A DNA stretch of 64,000 nt from Somniosus microcephalus. Taxonomy: Eukaryota. Positions 58,925-64,000 of this stretch are shown one piece after another. The first letter of the stretch is position 1, and every line of letters starts with the position of its first letter. The notes under the pieces were generated by a model that was not told the origin of the DNA, ran no database searches, and saw only the letters and a program-made list of their open reading frames with translations. The stretch is from positions 36,270,001-36,334,000 of the forward strand of contig CM126208.1 in NCBI GenBank assembly GCA_052327205.1, given 5' to 3'. The translations under genes were made by a program, and so were the position numbers.

Positions 58925-60960
58925 CACCGTACATGGCTAACAAGGGAAATTAGGGATAGCATAAGATCCAAGGAGAGGACATATAAATTGGCCAGAAAAA
59001 GCAGTAAACCCGAGGATTGGGAGCAATTTAGGATCCAACAAAGGAGGACAAAGGGATTAATTAAGAGGGGGAAAATAGAGTATGAGAGTAAGCTTTCAGG
59101 GAACATAAAAACTGACTGTAAAAGCTTTTATAGATATGTGAAGAGAAAAAGATTGGTGAAGTCAAACGTAGGTCCCTTGCAGTCAGAATCAGGGGAATTT
59201 ATAATTGGGAACAAAGAAATGGCAGACCAATTAAATACATACTTTGGTTCTGTCTTCACAAAGGAGGACACAAATAACCTTCCAAAGATGTCGGGGAATA
59301 TAGGGTCTAATGAAAGGGAGGAACTGATAGAAATCAGTATTTGTAGGGAAATGGTGTTAGGGAAATTGATGGGATTGAGGGCCGATAAATCCCCAGGGCC
59401 TGATAATCTACATCCTATGGTACTTAAGGAAGTGGCCCTAGAAATAGTAGATGCATTGCTGTTCATCTTCCAAAATTCAATAGACTCTGGAACGGTACCC
59501 ATGGACTGGCGGGTAGCTAATGTTACCCCACTGTTCAAAAAGGGTGGTAGAGAGAAAACGGGGAAGTACAGACCGGTAAGTCTGACATCGGTAGTGGGGA
59601 AAATGCTAGAGTCCATTATAAAGGATGTAATAGCAGAGCACTTGGAAAAAAGTGACCAGATCGGACAAAGTCAACATGGATTTACAAAAGGTAAATCGTG
59701 CTTGACTAATCTACTGGAATTTTTTGAGGATGTAACTGGTAAAATAGATAAGGGAGAACCAGTGGGTGTGGTATATTTGGATTTTCAAAAGGCTTTCGAT
59801 AAGGTGTCACATAAGAGATTAGCATGTAAAATTAAGGCACATGGGATTGGGGGCAAGGTATTGACTTGGATAGAGAACTGGTTGGCAGACAGAAAGCAAA
59901 GAGTTGGAATAAACGGCTCTTTTTCCGAGTGGCAGGCAGTGACTAGTGGGGTACCGCAGGGATCGGTCCTTGGACCCCAGCTATTCACAATATATATTAA
60001 TGACCTAGACGAGGGAACTAGATGTAATATCTCCAAGTTTGCAGACGACACAAAGCTGGGTGGGCGTGTGTGCTGTGAGGAGGATGCCGAGAAACTCCAG
60101 TATGATTTGGACAGGTTGGGTGATTGGGCAGAAGCATGGCAGATGCAATATAACGTGGATAAATGTGAGGTTATCCACTTTGGTGTTAAAAACAGGAAGG
60201 CAGATTATTATCTGAATGGCAATTGATTGGGAGAAGGGGAAGTGCAACGAGACCTGTGCGTCCTTGTGCACTAGTCGCTGAAGGCAAGCATACAGGTGCA
60301 GCAGGCGGTTAAGGCGGCAAATGGTATGTTGGCCTGCATAGCGAGAGGGTTTGAGTACAGGAACAAGGATGTCTTGCTGCAGTTGTACAGGGCCTTGGTG
60401 AGACCACATCTTGAGTATTGTGTGCAGTTTTCGTCACCTTATCTGAGGAAGGATGTTCTTGCCATGGAAGGAGTTCAGCGAAGATTCACCAGGCTGATAC
60501 CTGGGATGGCAGGAATGACGTATGAGGAGAGATTGGGTCGATTGGGTTTATACTCGCTGGCGTTTAGAAGAATGAGAGGGGATCTCATTGAAACTTATAA
60601 CATTCTGACAGGACTGGACAGACTAGATGCAGGAAGGATGTTCCCGATGGTCGGGGAGTCCAGAACCAGGGGTCACAGTCTAAGGATAAGTGGTAAGCCA
60701 TTTAGGACAGAAATGAGGAGGAATTTCTTCACCCAGAGAGTGGTGAACCTGTGGAATTCTCTACCACAGAAGGCAGTAGAGGCCAATTCATTAAATATAC
60801 TCAAGAAGGAGTTGGATATATTTCTTAAGGCTAAAGGGATCAAGGGATATGGAGAGAAAGCAGGGACAGGGTACTAAATTTGGATGATCAGCCATGATCG
60901 CATTGAATGGCGGAGCAGGCTCGAGGGACTGAATGGCCTACTTCTATCTTCTATGTTTCT
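58925..60960 (+). mobile_element. CR1 LINE, 5'-truncated
   Basis: 412-aa and 193-aa RT ORFs separated by stops; 3' hairpin and ctatgtttc tail. Confidence 0.93.
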
Positions 60961-62644
60961 TTACCCTGCTCCAGGTTCTACCTAGCCTTGACAAATAGCT
61001 GCTGGTGAAAACACACATATTTTGGTTTGGTTCCAGTCCGTATGGGAAACCACAGGACCTGTAACTGATCTAGCCATTCCCCACACATATTCAATCTGCT
61101 GTTGGAAAGGGAAGGAACGCCCGGTACTTGTAGGCTTGGAGAAGCTTCGCACCTAACAGCAAGAGAAAGCATTGCCCTGCTCTGGCGCCACTCAACACCT
61201 CCCACAGTAAAGAAGTGGGCCGTGCCAGTAACAGCAAATAATGCAGAGACTGCACACGGAGCTAGGAAACACCAGGCGATTGGGGGGGGGGGGGGGCGGT
61301 GGCTGCCTACACCCACCCCAGCCTCCATATGGAGACTCAAGTATAACTTGTTGCTGAAACAGGCCCCAAGCAATCTGCTCAATCCCTGCAGGGACCTGCT
61401 GCCGACACCTCAATGTAATGCAACATCTCACATCTTTTACCCCTCCCCTGTGATTCCCCCAGTTACAGCGACGAGGACTGACTGGTTCTGCCATTAAGTA
61501 CTCCCACTTTAATGTATAGAACATGTTCCGTTTTGTTCTGCGGGACCTATTTCTTTTAATGCAAGGTCCCTTTAAATTTCTGCGCGTGCGCGGTATTTAT
61601 GATGTAAAAGCCGGTGAGCGGCCTGGGCGGGACCTTTCCCATTACTGTGCGCTCAGAGGGAACTTTGCATGGGGCCCTAATTGGATGCATCATAGAATCA
61701 TACAGCACAGAAGGAGGCCATTCGGCCAATCATGTCTGTGTCGACTCTTTGAAAGAGCTGTCCAATTAGCCCCACTCCCCTGCTCTTGCCCCAGAGCCCT
61801 GTAGGTTTCTCCTGTAAAGCGCTTTCTACCTGCGAACAATGTTCCTGTTAAAAACAACAGAAAATGCTGGAAAAACTCAGCAAGTCAGGCAACATCCGTG
61901 GAGAGAAATTTGAGTTGACGTTTCGGATTTCGGATTTCCAACATCTGCAGTATTTTGCTATCGTACTAATGTTCCTGTTAAGCTGCGCGGCCGCTCACCG
62001 GCTTTTTTCTTTGAAGAAACAGCGCATGCGCGAAAATTTGAATGGACCCGCGCAGCCAGTTAAAGGAACCGTGCGCCGAAAATAAAAATTAGAGGGAACA
62101 TCGCCTGTAAGTATCACGTGCTATGTTCTCTGTATCAAACTCTGACCTGAGAAAGTATGTGAAGTTCTTGTATTAAACAAAGTTTTTAAAGAAAACACCC
62201 AATTCTACCAATTATTTTTTGTCCCAGTTTACAGGTTCCTCTGCAGCATACACCGTGAAGGGGGGGGGTCCACCAACCATTCAGCATTTTACCAAAATAC
62301 CACTGTGTAGGGAAATAAAATTAATTCTGTGCACAAAAAAAGAGAACATTGCAATTATGATGCTGTTTTCCTGAACAAATACAGCTTTCGTGCTTCATTA
62401 TTATTTCAGTTATTTTGCACCGAAAAAATGTCACTCTTCTGGACTGCAAGCAGCCCATCGCTCCGAGTCAAAGCGTGCACATCATCCACTGAAAAGACTG
62501 GGCCAAATCACCATTAGTGGTGGTGGTTTGAAACCCGCAAGTGTCCAGCAGGACTTCCCTTTGCGCACAACTTCCTGCATTAGAAATAAAATAGAATACA
62601 GGCGATTTCAATAAAAACCAAGAATGCTGGAAATACCACAGAAA

Positions 62645-62833
62645 TCCCACAGTGCAGATAGAGGCCATTTCGGCCCATCGAGCCTGCACCGACACATATC
62701 CCACCCGATCCCCGTAACCCCTACACCAACACATATCCCACCCTATCCCCGTAACCCCACGTATTTAATCCCCCTAACACTAAGGGTCAATTTATCATAG
62801 CCAATCAACCTAACCCGCACATCTTTGGACTGC
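62645..62833 (-). mobile_element. HE1-like V-SINE 3' part
   Basis: Reverse complement of cagtccaaagatgtgcgggttaggttgattggc...aaattgaccctt with CR1-type tail. Confidence 0.65.
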
Positions 62834-63499
62834 GCAGGAGGGCAAGTTAGCATCTGAATGTTTTGGGTGAGGCAATGTTCTTTTCATTTTAAAACCCTTA
62901 AAAATGTTTCCCTCTTTACTCTAAGGCACATGACTAATTCAAATCATGCTTAGTAATTCAGTAAGATTCTAAAACGAGAATGAAATAGATCTTGGGCACA
63001 TTAAGAAAACTCATTTTGCATGCTCCACTTATTCTGTCAATTTATAAGAAAACAGTAATTTTGCTCTCCCAGAGTTCTAAAGTCCACAGGGGATCAAAAA
63101 AATCTCATAATAGGTTGTCATTGGAAGCGGCCTTTAACTTATTTTCAACACATATATTCAACACATATATTGCACAATGTTCTGAATGTTTCGCTACATC
63201 AGCAACTTTTTTTTGCACATAATTGTATACAGAGTCTAATCTTGGTAACAGCAATCCAATTTTAGTGAATGAAGTATGAGTTGATTCCAAGGCGAAGGTG
63301 CATCTTTCCACTCTCGAGGGCTCAACAGTGCGACTGCCCGAGCCTGGCCAGGTTCTACTCTTTAATATTCACGATCAGATAAATTGTTTTTTTTTGTACG
63401 TTATGCAATGGAAATGATCTGATTTTTGAAAACTAGAATGGAAATGAAGTGCTCAAAAGGAGTTCAACATTATAAAGTCACCGTATAAAATCTTGAAGA

Positions 63500-63730
63500 A
63501 CCTCGTAGGCATCGATTATTTTCGCCACCTGGAATGCACTGCCGGAAAAGGTGGTAGAAGCAGATTCAATAGTAACTTTCGAAAGGGGGAATTGGATAAA
63601 TACCTGAAGGGCAAAAAAATTTTGCAGGGCTGTGGGGAAAGGGCAGGGGGAGTGGGATTAATTGGATAGCTCTTTCAAAGAGCCGGCATAGGCATGATGG
63701 GCTGAATGGCCTCCTGTGTTGTATGAATCG
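63500..63730 (+). mobile_element. CR1 3' fragment
   Basis: ctggaatgcactgcc...gggctgaatggcctcctgtgttgtatga. Confidence 0.75.
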
Positions 63731-64000
63731 CTGAACACCATGTGCAGGAACCTTTGGTTTATCCGGAGGTTGTATGTCCGGAAACCTCGATCTACCGGCA
63801 GAAATCAGGAGCCGTTTCGTTAGGTTTTTTTTTCTTCTCGTGGCTTTTTTTTCCCCAACAGTCAGGCTCTGCAAAGTCTCTCTGTAGCTTAGCAACAGCT
63901 TCAGAGACGCTTCCAAGGTACGGCCGACTGTTTAGAAGCTGTTGCTAAGCAACAGTGTTTGTTGCCAGATACGGAGCTGCAAATCTCCGTATGTGTGGTG

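Overview
Repeat-rich vertebrate genomic DNA, most likely a shark or other cartilaginous fish (inferred from Deu-domain SacSINE1-like SINEs, HE1-like V-SINEs and abundant CR1). Two host genes are supported by splice-consistent exon reconstruction, both on the + strand. One is a 3-exon GPI-type Ly6/uPAR three-finger gene (18758-33904, 128 aa). The other is RPLP1 (49060-53384, 110 aa, TATA/TOP promoter). The first 13 kb is a decayed minus-strand retrovirus-like LTR element. It has a 1.35-kb LTR, a tRNA-Arg PBS, a coiled-coil/CCHC Gag, a UGA-CUAG in-frame gag-pro junction, RT, two RNase H domains and an integrase, followed by a splice acceptor and a signal-peptide ORF (env-like) running off the window edge. 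This architecture resembles lokiretroviruses. A young Mag-type Ty3/Gypsy element sits inside its integrase. The rest is nested TEs: a second Mag-type Gypsy inside a Myb-only Harbinger inside a SINE inside an L2, a CR1 with intact ORF2, solo LTRs including a palindromic double-LTR unit with one TSD, self-nested Harbinger MITEs, a Helitron, and hAT and Tc1 MITEs. Family assignments are from motif recognition only; no searches were run.
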